A stretch of DNA of 64,000 nt, from the NCBI GenBank assembly GCA_951406725.2, contig OX597827.1, positions 56,606,001 through 56,670,000 of the forward strand, read 5' to 3'. Both the position numbers and the translations under genes were made by a program. The notes beneath the pieces were generated by a model that searched no databases, was not told the origin of the DNA, and saw nothing but the letters and a program-made list of their open reading frames with translations. Below, piece after piece: positions 1 to 10,392 of this stretch (positions within the stretch are counted from its first letter, which is position 1; every line of letters begins with the position of its first letter). Origin of the DNA: Octopus vulgaris (Eukaryota).

Positions 1-345
1 TATGGTAGTGAGATGGGAGTCCTGAATGCAGAGGAGATGCATTGACTGGAGAGGAATGAAGCTAGCATGCTCTGATGCATGTGAAACATCAGTGTGCATA
101 TATTACAAAGTGAAAATGTGTCAAGAGAAAAGTTAGGCATCAGATTAACCAGAAGTAGCTTGCAAAAGAGAAGACTACAATGGTTTGGATATGTGATGCA
201 TATGAATGAAGACAGCTGTATAGAGAAGAGCCAATTGCTCAAAGTGGATAGAACCTGCATAAGAGGGAGACCCAGGAAGACATAGAATGAAATAGTAAGG
301 GCTGATCTCAAGATGTTGAGCCTCACAGAGAAGATGACAATGGAC
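1..345 (+). mobile_element. RTE-clade LINE 3' ORF fragment (degenerate)
   Basis: Frame reads YGSE..L...LERNEASML*..REKLGIR...LQKRRLQWFGYVMHMNEDSC...RGRPRKT*NEIVRADL, the typical post-RT C-terminus of RTE LINEs; contains stops. Confidence 0.8.
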
Positions 346-349
346 CACA

Positions 350-735
350 ATCATCATCATCATCATCATCATCATCGTTTAGCGTCCGCTTTCCATGCTG
401 GCATGGCTTGGACGGTTCAACTGGGGTCTGGGAAGCCATAAGGCTGCACCAGGCCCTATCTGATCTGGCAATGTTTCTACGGCTGGATGCCCTTCCTAAC
501 GCCAACCACTTCATGAGTGTAGTGGGTGCTTTTTACGTGCCAGATGAGGCTGGCAAACGGCCACGATCGGATGGTGCTTTTTACGTGCTACCGGCACGGA
601 GGCCAGGCGAGGCTGGCAACGGCCATGATCAGATGGTGCTTTTTACATGCTACCGGCACAGAGGCAGTCGGGGCGGTGCTGGCAATGGCCACGTTCGGAT
701 GGTTCTCTTATGTGCACTGGTATCACAGCTACGAT
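350..735 (-). mobile_element. Short retroelement 'family E' with (GAT)n tail and internal ~55-60 bp tandem units
   Basis: Conserved block GAGTGGTTGGCGTTAGGAAGGGCATCCAGC...CATGCTAGCATGGAAAGCGGACGTTAAACGATGATG. Other copies at approx. 1060-1450, 1470-1962, 25175-25408, 37389-37670, 41130-41380, 41855-42180, 42210-42590, 43692-43864, 47063-47437, 48197-48490, 54191-54470, 56130-56368, 57280-57510, 58705-58975. Confidence 0.85.
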
Positions 736-2025
736 TTCCAAGGTTCCAGAAGCACTGTGTATTCCACCCACATGTAACATTAATTAACACACTCCACCCC
801 AATGAACCAAACTACAGCTCTTCATGCACCATGCTTGTTTCCACCCACCACTGCTGCTGCAACCCAATGCTATTTTGTCAGCTCTCTCTCCTGTCCTCCT
901 GCCAATTCTATCCTTGCTATCCTACTGCTCCCCAATATACCCATGATCCCCACTCACTGCATTCTCCTTCCCACTCCCCCCATTTGCATTCTCTTGAACT
1001 CCCTGCTTACCCCAACCAATCCTCTGTACTACTCCATTTACATTAACCTCCTTGTACCTTGAGGGTATACTCTGGCATGTCAGCTCCCTCTTCTCTCTCT
1101 TTCTTTCTTTGACTAGGGTAACCATGTATCTCCTCTACAGCATGACACCTGATTCTGTCCCTCTATCATAGCTTAACCTCACATCACCTGGCACATTGCC
1201 ACCTCTCTTAATATCACTCCCACTCTCAGTTAAAGGGTTTTCATCTTGCTTGATGATCTTGGTGATGTGGGTGCCACATAAAAAGCACCCAGTACACTCT
1301 GTGAAGTGGTTGGCATTAGGAAGGACATCCAGCTGTAGAAACAATACCAAAGAAGACAGTAGTGATTGGTGCAGTCCTCTGGCTTTCCAGTTCCTGTCAA
1401 ACCATCCAATCCATGCCAGCATGGAAAACAGACATTAAATGATGATGATGCACGTGCACACACACACACACATAAAAAGTACCATTCAAGCATGGTCGAT
1501 GCCAGTCCCGCCTGACTGGTCTCATGCTGGTGGTACATAAAAAACACCATTTGAGCATGATCATTGCCAGTGCTGCTTGACTGGTCTTGTGCTGGTGGCA
1601 TGTAAAAAACACCATTTGAGTGCTGGCCAGCTGGTCCCGTGCCGGTGGCACATAAAAAGCACCATTAGAGTGTGGTTGTTGCCAGTGCTGCCTGACTGGC
1701 ACCTGTGCTGGTGACACATAAAAAAGCACCATTCAAGTGTGGTTGATGCCAGTACCACCTGACTGGACCTCATGCTGGTGGCACCTAAAAAGTACCCACT
1801 ACACTCTTGGAATGGTTGATGTTAGGAAGGCCATCCAACTGCAGAAACTTTGCCAGATCATATTGGAGCCTGGTGTAGCCTTCTGGCTTGCCAGCCCTCA
1901 GTCAAACCATCCAATCTATGCCAGCATGGAAAGCAGACATTAAACGACGATGATGATGATGTATACTGATAATAAAGAAAACAAAGAATTATATATGCAT
2001 ATATGTGTGTGTGTGTGTGTGTGTA

Positions 2026-2062
<37 letters not shown>

Positions 2063-2688
2063 CAAGCATAGCCATGTGGTGAGGAGCTTGTATGTCAACC
2101 ATATGGTTTGGGGTTCAGTCCCACTCTGTGACACCTTGGGCAAATGTCTCCTCTTTTAGCCTTGGACTGACCAAAGCCTTGTGAGTGGATTTGATAGACA
2201 GAAACTGAAAGAAATGCTCATTGTATACATGTATGCATATATAACTGTGTGTGTGTCTTTGTGCTTGTGTTTGGATCCCACCCCTACTTTGAAACTGGTG
2301 CTGATCGGCTTACGTCACAATAACTTAGCAGTTCAGCAAAAGAGAATGATAGAATAAGTACCAGGCTTTAAAAAAATTAGTACTAGGGTGGATAGATTCG
2401 ATTAAAAATTCTTTGAGGTGGTGTCCCAGCATGGCCACAGTCTAATGACTGAAATATGGTAAAAGAAATAAGTTCCAAAATATAAACAGAAACACAACAG
2501 AGGAACAAATGGGATATTCACACACAAGACACAATTCCATCAATTGTAACTCAACACCATCAGAAGGTTACTCCCACATAATGACTATTGTTACTAATGT
2601 GTTCAAACTCCATGGAATGATGACTGATCTTGCTTACCCCTTCTCATGTGGTACCCAATATAAGAAACCGATGTCACTGAATACAAGT

Positions 2689-3289
2689 TGGTGTTGAAAA
2701 GTTTCTGGCTTTGGGTAAAAGAAAATACAAGGAGAATCAGTTAATTATGATTTTATTCAAAACAAGCAGTATTGCCCAGAGTTGCTTGGGTTTGTTTCGA
2801 CCCTTTAGAATTGGAATTTTTGAAAAGTAAAAATTTTGCATTGTGTAGCTAGTTATTCTCTTTAAGTGAACATTTTTCTGGTCGAAATACACCGAAAAAT
2901 GGTGACACAGCAGTCAAAAAATCATAAAAAATAGGGATTTTCATAGAAAAAAAAGCACCTTTTTGATGTAAATAATTTTTGGTGTTAACATGGTCCGATT
3001 TGAAATTTTTCTTCTACAGAAGGAAGAGAAAGCCTTCTATCATACACTCAATTTTGGTCAACTTGCACCGCAGAGTCTTGGAGGAGATAGTGTTAGTTGA
3101 AGGCTACCAAACCTGCCATACACACACAACTTCAGCTTTATATATATAGGGATATTCCTCTCAGCTTTACACGCTTATTGCAGTGATCCTTCAGTTTTTA
3201 GAGGTCCTGTGAAAGAACTTGGAAGCTTGGGTCTCCAACCAGGCCTTTCATGATACTCTGAAAGACAGGAACTTTTCAGCACCCCCCTC
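2689..3289. mobile_element. mariner-like MITE split by an insertion
   Basis: Ends GGTGTTGAAAAGTTTCTGGC / CAGGAACTTTTCAGCACCC match the intact copy at 8862-9069; body is interrupted at ~2761-3149. Confidence 0.75.
2761..3149. mobile_element. Non-autonomous Helitron/Helentron-like insertion
   Basis: Begins AACAAGCAGTATTGCCCAGAGTTGCTTGGG (resembles the ACTAG...CCCGGCGTTGCTCGGG hairpin end) and ends (CA)n-ACTTCAGCTTTATATATATAG, the layout of Lep1-like non-autonomous elements; splits the mariner MITE cleanly. Confidence 0.55.
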
Positions 3290-3917
3290 ATATACCACAC
3301 TACAGCCTGTTATCAAAGCGTATCCAGCATACTGACAATATCCTGTCTGCAACATGTGGACCTACAAGCAAAGAAAATAACTCATGCTGCTTTAGTAGCA
3401 TTACACTACATAACTGCAGCTGATCAGTAGAGGTTTAAACATGTAGAAGCTATTTTGAATTCCTTTGAAAGTCTATACTTTGTCTCTGATGTGGTAGATG
3501 TTTCCTCCCATGTACCCACAAAATCATGTAGTGCTGAGTAAAGCTTATTAAACACAGGTGTGGATGTATGACTAAGAAGCTTACTTCCCAACCATGTGGT
3601 CTTTGGTTCAGTCCCACTGTGTGGCACTTTGCACATGTATATATTCTTCTATAGCCCCAGGCCAACCAAAGCCTTGAAAGTGAATTTGGTGACTGGAGAT
3701 ATAAATATATATCGGGAGAGAGAGTCAGTAGATGAGATCCAGAGATGCTCAATATAGAAAACACTTAATATTGTTCATCACTTGCATATTTTCAATCTTT
3801 GTTTTCTCTCTCTCTTTACATGTGTATGTGTGTATGTATATTTTATTTATCTAGCCCAATTGATTTATTTGTTTATTTGCATCTTTCAGTCTGTCTGTCT
3901 GTCTGTCTCTATGTATA

Positions 3918-3979
<62 letters not shown>

Positions 3980-4261
3980 TATAATAAAAATAACCCTTTC
4001 TCCTAAAGGCACAGAGCCTGAAATTTGGTGGGAGGGCACTAGTCGATTACATTAACTCCAGTGTTTTGCTGGTACTTATTTTATTGACCCCAAAAGGATG
4101 AAAAACAAAGTCAACCTCGGAAGAATTTGAAGTCAGAACATAAGGACGGACGAAATGATGGGGTCATTTTGCCTTTCAAGCTAATGATTCCACCAGCTGG
4201 CCACCTTTATAATAATAATAATAAAAATAACAATAATAATAATAATAATAATAACAATAAC

Positions 4262-4308
<47 letters not shown>

Positions 4309-4327
4309 GAATAAGAATAGTAATAAT

Positions 4328-4444
4328 CTGGGAATCTGGGAATGCATACAATGAGCTTCTCTACACTAGGTGTATGGAAAACACCCGGCAAGAAACGGAA
4401 GAAAATTTGAAGAAAGGAAAAAACATAATAATAATAATGATAAT
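4328..4444 (+). mobile_element. 5'-truncated LINE 3' end inserted in an (AAT)n tract (R4/Dong-like)
   Basis: About 100 bp unique segment with (TAA)n tail, flanked by the duplicated imperfect repeat AATAAAAAGAATAAGAATAGTAATAAT (4301-4327, 4445-4471) as target-site duplication; Dong elements are known to target TAA repeats. Confidence 0.55.
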
Positions 4445-4680
4445 AATAAAAAGAATAAGAATAGTAATAATATGTATGCATGTATGTTTGTCCTGCACTG
4501 CCACTTAACAACTGGTGCTGGTTAGTTTATATCAGTGCAGCTTAGCATAAAAGAGACCAATAGAATAAATACCAGACTTACAATTGAGTACTGGGGTTGG
4601 TTTGTTACATGTGTATGATATATATTTGATACATATATATATATATAGATATACATATATATATATTTTTTCTTTTTCAG

Positions 4681-4791
4681 AGGAAGCTATTAAAAACAAC
4701 ATGTCTATGTTCAGTACCTCATCTCTTGTAGAATGGATACCAACCAGTAGCATTCCAGAATCATTTACAGAACACCCAGTAATTTCTTCAT
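4681..4791 (+). CDS. Internal exon of Ser/Thr-rich single-pass membrane protein gene (gene 1)
   Basis: tttttcag|AGGAAGCT...TCTTCAT|gtaaga; 111 nt, phase 1-1, open (EEAIKNNMSMFSTSSLVEWIPTSSIPESFTEHPVISS) and in frame with the next exons. Confidence 0.65.
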
Positions 4792-4809
4792 GTAAGAAAC
4801 ATAATGCAT

Positions 4810-5035
4810 GAAGACCTCTAGCTAGGTCTTCGTATTCCTCAATTTTTTTTCGATTTCTTTGGTATTGACTCTGCTATCATAGGGAATTGCAAAATTTTAT
4901 GATCTTACAGTTTGTTTGTTTTATCCTCTATAATTATGTCTGGTATTTTTGCTTCAATATTACGGTCAGTCTTTATGGTGAATTCCCACAAGATCTTGTA
5001 ATTCTCATTTTCTCTCACAGCCTTTAGCTTATGGT
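4810..5035 (-). mobile_element. R4/Dong-clade LINE fragment, restriction-like endonuclease domain
   Basis: ENENYKILWEFTIKTDRNIEAKIPDIIIEDK...IEEYEDLARGL matches the ILWDFxIxTD..RPDI...K...Y.DL RLE motif of R4/Dong elements; has stop and frameshift. Confidence 0.8.
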
Positions 5036-5256
5036 CACCCTCTCCGCACCACCACACACATACCATGAGCTTCGCAGAGTGAACAGAAAGTTGGTTTGCT
5101 GAATTCTTTGTTATATTCGAAATCAATTGCAACAAAATCAATGTATATCAATGGAAATATAGAAGCAAAGAAGAGTGTTAGATAGCACTGTGTTAGATAT
5201 AACAGTAATGGAGAAGTTCTTAACCGGATCAAGCCGAAACTGTCGCTAGAAGCTAA

Positions 5257-5346
5257 ACTGCTAAGTTACAGGGATGTAAACACTCCAACACTGGTTCTTA
5301 AGTGATGGGAGAACAAACGCAAAGACACACACATAGATATATACAT

Positions 5347-5378
<32 letters not shown>

Positions 5379-5987
5379 GTTTATCATATCACCATCCCTG
5401 CACGATGTCTTTAAACTTTTTTCTTTCGTTGCCAAATTGTTTTGGCGCCTTTTTCTCCCAGCCTCTCTGATTCCTTCTCTCCCTCTCTCTCTTGGTCACT
5501 GCTTCTGTCCTCGTCTTCCACCCTCCTTGGTCCCCTCTCTCTCTTACCCCCTTCTCTCTCTTACCCCCTTCTCTCTCTTACCCCCTTCTCTCTCTTACCC
5601 TCTTGCGACTTGCTGCCTCAGCCATTCTGTTGCCATCGGCCGCTTGTTCAACATGTGTCTCATCACCGAAAAGGTAATCATTTTTCCACGCTTGCTGATA
5701 TTGTTTTTGTGTCTCCTTTTGTCTCAAAGCCGTAGGGCGCCTGTGTCATCCATGTTTTTAACCGTTACTGTCTCCAAAACAGATTTTTTTGTTTCATGTT
5801 CGTCTCTGTTGCGTTACATTCTTTCCTTCTGTGGCTGGCTGATTCAGAGCGGATCTCAGAATTAAGCAGCCGAAAAATCTGTGATGAGGAATCAGTTTCT
5901 GACTGAAGAACGAAGGCTTTGAATGACCCGTTTGTCTTTTATGTTCGTCCCTTCGTGTATTTCACGTTATTTATTTATGTAAAGGTT

Positions 5988-6025
<38 letters not shown>

Positions 6026-6457
6026 GAAATATTAAAATTACTAAGCCTCTCTAAAAGAGATTACGGCAGCGTTACTGGAAATTAATTGTTATCGCCATAT
6101 TAATATGGCAGTCTTAGAGATATAAGACTAAAAGCTGTCGCTGATTAGCTCCATGAGGCCATCGCCTTAAGATAGCTATTTGACACACAAACTGTGTCCA
6201 TTATAACCTTCGAACAAGGGAGGTCAGCCGCTTCACACTGCTAGTCAGACAGCTACAGACGCATTTCAGGGTATTTGCCCTTTGTCAATGTATATATACA
6301 CGATGGGCTTCTTTCAGTTTCCATCTTTCAAATCCACTCACAAGGCTTTGGTTGACCTGAGGCTATAGTAGGAGACATTTGCCCAAGGTGTCACACAGTG
6401 GGACTGGACCCAGAACCATGTGGTTTGGAAGCAAGCTTCTTACCACACAGCCATGCC
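5257..6457 (-). mobile_element. SINE family A copy with ~900 bp of Penelope-like sequence inserted in its internal microsatellite
   Basis: SINE halves at 5257-5340 and 6300-6457 are separated by two non-SINE blocks (~5390-5988 and 6021-6292), each bounded by (TA)n. Confidence 0.7.
6021..6292 (-). mobile_element. Penelope-like pseudo-LTR fragment with decayed hammerhead motif
   Basis: Minus strand 6292-6254 reads TACA-TTGACAA-AGGG-CAAATA-CCCT-GAAAT-GC-GTC-TGTA (stems I/II intact, core decayed); same family as 47477-47712; bounded by (TA)n. Confidence 0.6.
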
Positions 6458-6723
6458 TAACAAATTTATTGCAGATAAATTTTAACAACAAAATCTTATA
6501 TGGCCCTCCAAGGGCCATGTGGACCCTGGTTGAAAACCACTGGTTTAGCCCTCAATCAATATGACTGTTTGGCTAAGAAAGAAAATCACTTTGCTACTAC
6601 ATGGTTGGGGTTCAATCCCAGTATGTGGCACCTTGGGCATGTGTCTTCTACTATAACTTCAGACCAACCAATGCCTTGTGAGTGAATTTGGTAGACAGAA
6701 ATTGCATGGAAGTTTGTCTCATA

Positions 6724-6760
<37 letters not shown>

Positions 6761-7056
6761 ACATGCGTGCATATGTATGTGCATACGTACGTGTGTGTGT
6801 ATGTCTTTGTGTTCGTATTTGTCTCACTATCATCACTTGATAACCAGTGTTGGTTTGTTTACTTCTCCATAACTTAGCAGTTCAGCAAAAGTGACTGATA
6901 GAACTTTAAAAAATGTAGTAACGGGGTCAATTTGTTCAACTAAACCCTTCAAGGCTGTGTCATAGCATGGCTGCAGTCCAATGACTGAAACAAATAAAAC
7001 ATACGATAAAACCTAACAGATTATATTTAAACAAAAGATCATACAAAATCTCTTCC

Positions 7057-7281
7057 ATGTGATTAATGAATAGAAAATGTGATTAATGAATAAAAATGTC
7101 ATTAATGAATAAAAATGTGATTAATGAATAAAAAATGTGATTAATAAATAAAAAAGTGTGATTAATGAATTAAAAATGTGATTAATGAATTAAAAAAATG
7201 TGATTAATGAATAAAAAATGTGATTAATGAATAAAAAAATGTGATTAATGAATCAAAAAATGTAATTAATGAATAAAAAAA
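7057..7281. repeat. Tandem array, ~11 x 19-22 bp (ATGTGATTAATGAAT-An)
   Basis: Unit directly visible; ends ~20 nt before the 7304 acceptor. Confidence 0.95.
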
Positions 7282-7303
7282 CCCAAATATTTTGTCTTTG
7301 TAG

Positions 7304-7363
7304 TGACAGATGAATTTGTATCATCATCAAACTTCCTATCAGAAAGCTATCATCCCGTTATAG
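7304..7363 (+). CDS. 60-nt internal exon of gene 1
   Basis: tttgtctttgtag|TGACAGAT...GTTATAG|gtaagt; phase 1-1, open (LTDEFVSSSNFLSESYHPVI). Confidence 0.7.
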
Positions 7364-7860
7364 GTAAGTTTGATAACATAACACAAACCAAATTGTGTAT
7401 TCTCTTTTATAGATATTGTGACCATGTAGGCGCAGGAGTGGCTGTGTGGTAAGTAGCTCGCTTACCAACCACATAGTTCCGGGTTCAGTCCCACTGCGTG
7501 GCACCTTGGGCAAGTGTCTTCTACCATAGCCTCAGGCCGACCAAAGCCTTGTGAGTGGATTTGGTAGACGGAAAATGAAAGAAGCCCGTCTTATATATGT
7601 GTGTATGTGTGTGTTTGTATGTCTTTTTTTTTGCCCCCAACATCACTTGACAACTGATGCTGGTGTGTTTACGTCCTGGGGTCGATTTGCTCGACTATAG
7701 GCGGTACTCCAGCATGGCCGCAGTCAAATGACTGAAACAAGTAAAAGAGTAATGATGATTGAGTTGCTTGAGGGTGATTCTGTCTCTTAAAGCTATCTAT
7801 CTATCTATCTATATATACACACACACACATACATACACACACATACACATACACACACAT

Positions 7861-8600
7861 ACAATGTATTTCAAATTATTAACAACATAATATTTGTTTA
7901 TTTTAATTAAAAACTAATTGTTGGAATTTGATGAAATTTCTACAGAATGATGGCATCAGTTATATGTGCATGGTGTGTAAAAAACATGAGGTTTTGTACA
8001 AGTGTAAACAAACCGTGGCCATTTGCAAACTTTCAGTGTTCCAAATTATTAAAAGTGGTTTGATAATCATGTAAGTATGGGTCATAAATATGACTTAACT
8101 GCTTCAGAGAAATCTGTTATTACTTCTAAACTTGCAAAAGGTAAATCAACATTAAAAATATCTAAAATAATTGGATGATATCACCAAAATGTGAAGAAGA
8201 TTGTTACAGCTCCTATAAGGATAGGTAAGAGAGCTGACAAGGGTCTGTCAAGCACTGTTTCTCAACATTCTCTGTCACAAATTAAGCATGAAGCTCTAAA
8301 GAACCCAGGTCTTACAAGAGGGGAACTTATCAAGTACATTGGCGAAACAGCTGTGTCCAGAACTATCCAATGTCATCTATAAAAGGTTAGTAAACCAGTG
8401 ACATCAGTTAAAAGGCCTCCTTTATGCAAAATACACATACAAAATCATCTGAAATAAGCAGAAAATAACATGAAAGTCAAGTTTTCAAAAGTTTTGATTA
8501 CAGACAAAATTTGTGCTACTCTTGATGGACCTGATGGTGAAGAAATAACTCAACAAATGTTTTTGTCATTGTGAATAAATAATACCAATTTTTGCCCCAA
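7861..8600 (+). mobile_element. Tc1-family transposon relic, N-terminal transposase
   Basis: From ATG 8077: MGHKYDLTASEKSVI..LAKGKSTLKISKIIG...VSRTIQCHL...KRPPL...KVLITDK..ATLDGPDG (HTH plus start of the DDE region); several stops. Confidence 0.85.
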
Positions 8601-8648
8601 TCTCCTGTTTTGATATATATATATATATGTTAACAGATAAAATTTATT

Positions 8649-8720
8649 TGGCCCAGATGTGATTCAAACACGCAGCCTTCTGATCTGGAGTCAGACGCAC
8701 TACCATTGCACCACAGGGCC
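8649..8720 (-). pseudogene. tRNA-Trp(CCA) pseudogene or highly variant tRNA
   Basis: GGCCCTGTGGTGCAATGGTAGTGCGTCTGACTCCAGATCAGAAGGCTGCGTGTTTGAATCACATCTGGGCCA: 72 nt, intact anticodon arm TCTGA-CTCCAGA-TCAGA; T-loop GTTTGA and a T:T acceptor-stem mismatch indicate decay. Confidence 0.85.
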
Positions 8721-8728
8721 TTCAGATA

Positions 8729-8796
<68 letters not shown>

Positions 8797-8861
8797 CTCT
8801 CTCTCTATATATATATGCACACATACACACACACACACACACATACACATGTATATAAGAA

Positions 8862-9069
8862 AGGGTGCTGAAAAGATCCTGGCTTTGGGTAAGAGAAAAT
8901 ACGGGAGGATCAGTTAATTATGATTTTATTCAACCTATTCCCCTCTCAGATTCACACATTTATTGCAGCAGTCCTTCAGTTTTCTAAGCCCAGTAAAAGA
9001 GGTTGGAAGATTGGGTCTCCAACTAGGCATTTTGCAATACCTTTAAAGCCAGGAACTTTTCAGCACCCC
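8862..9069. mobile_element. mariner-like MITE (~210 bp)
   Basis: TIRs GGGTGCTGAAAAGATCCTGGCTTT / AAAGCCAGGAACTTTTCAGCACCC; another copy inverted at ~37680-37880. Confidence 0.8.
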
Positions 9070-9095
9070 AACATATATGTATGATTGCATATATA

Positions 9096-9260
9096 GGCGT
9101 AGGAGTGGCTGTGTGGTAAGTAGCTTGCTTACGAACCACATGGTTCCGGGTTCAGTCCCACTGCATGGCACCTTGGGCAAGTGTTTTCTACTATAGCCTT
9201 GGGCTGACCAAAGCCTTGTGAGTGGATTAGGTAGACGGAAACTGAAAGAAGCCCGTCGTA

Positions 9261-9319
<59 letters not shown>

Positions 9320-9545
9320 CTATGTTTGTGTGTCTGTGTTTGTCCCCCCAACATTGCTTGACAACCGATGTTGGTGTGTTTACGTCCCTGTAACTTAGCG
9401 GTTCGGCAAAAGAGACCCATAGAATAAGTACTAGAGGCTTACAAAGAATAAGTCCTGGGGTCGATTTGCTTGACTAAAAGGCGGTGCTCCAGCATGGCCA
9501 CAGTCAAATGACTGAAACAAATAAAAGAGTAAAAAAGAGTAAGAG
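9096..9545 (+). mobile_element. tRNA-derived SINE 'family A' (~450 bp), representative copy
   Basis: A/B-box head GGCGTAGGAGTGGCTGTGTGGTAAG...GGGTTCAGTCCC, central (TA)/(TG) microsatellite, AAAAGAGT-repeat tail. More than 25 copies, e.g. 2064-2465, 6560-7000, 7428-7751, 13365-13742(-), 14165-14571, 18445-18871(-), 18950-19334(-), 22583-22933(-), 28715-29130, 33845-34180(-), 35555-35962, 38039-38428, 39014-39430, 45868-46225(-), 53240-53550(-), 55365-55677(-), 60012-60440(-), 61516-61890. Confidence 0.9.
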
Positions 9546-9608
9546 TGTCTGTATCACTAGCGATTTTTTCCCCCTGTCTTCCCTTCTCGGGATCTTTCCT
9601 TCTCCTAT

Positions 9609-9643
9609 GTTTCTGACGAAGAGCTCCGCTCGAAACGTCAAAC
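9609..9643 (+). ncRNA. Minimal type I hammerhead ribozyme motif within a Penelope-like fragment (~9550-9740)
   Basis: GTTT-CTGACGA-A-GAGC-TCC-GCTC-GAAAC-GTC-AAAC: stem I GTTT/AAAC, core CUGANGA and GAAA, stem II GAGC/GCUC, GUC cleavage triplet, palindromic ACGU stem III. Confidence 0.7.
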
Positions 9644-9823
9644 CCTCCTTCTTCCCTTCTTTCCTGAGCGTCCAATAATACTTTATTTGTTCCACGTCCT
9701 TGCATTGTTGTTTTTTTGTTCTTGTTTGGATTAACTTTATATATATATATATATGTATGTGAACATTCATATGTTTATACATGTATATATTTGAATATAT
9801 ATTTATTTACATTTTTTTTTCAG

Positions 9824-10392
9824 AATCTTCGTTATTTCCTTTGACTTTATGGCCTTCAACTTCTGAACCAGTTCAACTTTCAACAAGTTTCACATTGCTT
9901 TCATTAGAAACAAATCAATTACTTTACTGCACAGAAATATGCTTTGACAACATGAGTAAAACTCTTGTTTACTCAAGCAGCAGTGTTTTATGGCCTACTT
10001 CCTCATCAAGTTCTTCAATAGATGAGCTGTTGGCTGATATACAAAATATGAACCAGCGACTTAAAGATAAGGCGAAAACCTTGAAGAAAATCAGCATAGA
10101 AGACAACAGAATTTCATCCATCTCAATTGGAACATTGGGTATAATCATTATGATATCTATATTTGCACTTGTGGTTGCACTTGATATATTTACACTGAAA
10201 TGTCGTTGTTCAAAACTAAAAAATAAAAGGAAATGCAGTCTGCTTCCTTTCGAAGAGAACCCACAACACAATGATGCTAATAATCTCACTAATATTGGCA
10301 AGCCTTCTTCTTTTCATTCGAATAAAATAACTGACCATGAAAAAGATGATAACACAGAAGGAGAGGAGCTGGAAATTTCTACTAAGTTCTAA
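9824..10392 (+). CDS. Terminal coding exon of gene 1: S/T-rich stalk, juxtamembrane K-S-x-x-D-x-R-x-S motif, TM helix, cytoplasmic tail
   Basis: ttttttttcag|AATCTTCG, phase 1, open to TAA at 10390-10392; ...KKISIEDNRISSISIGTLGIIIMISIFALVVALDIFTLKCRCSK...; AATAAA signals at ~10549-10560. Confidence 0.8.

Noticed and set aside
408-1046. 212-aa ORF and the many 60-125 aa ORFs with RASFSFRLPNPLTRLWS or LDALPNANH
   Set aside because: Chance frames through high-copy SINE families A and E.
2480-3540. Candidate upstream exons of gene 1
   Set aside because: No segment with convincing splice sites and an open phase-1 frame was found.
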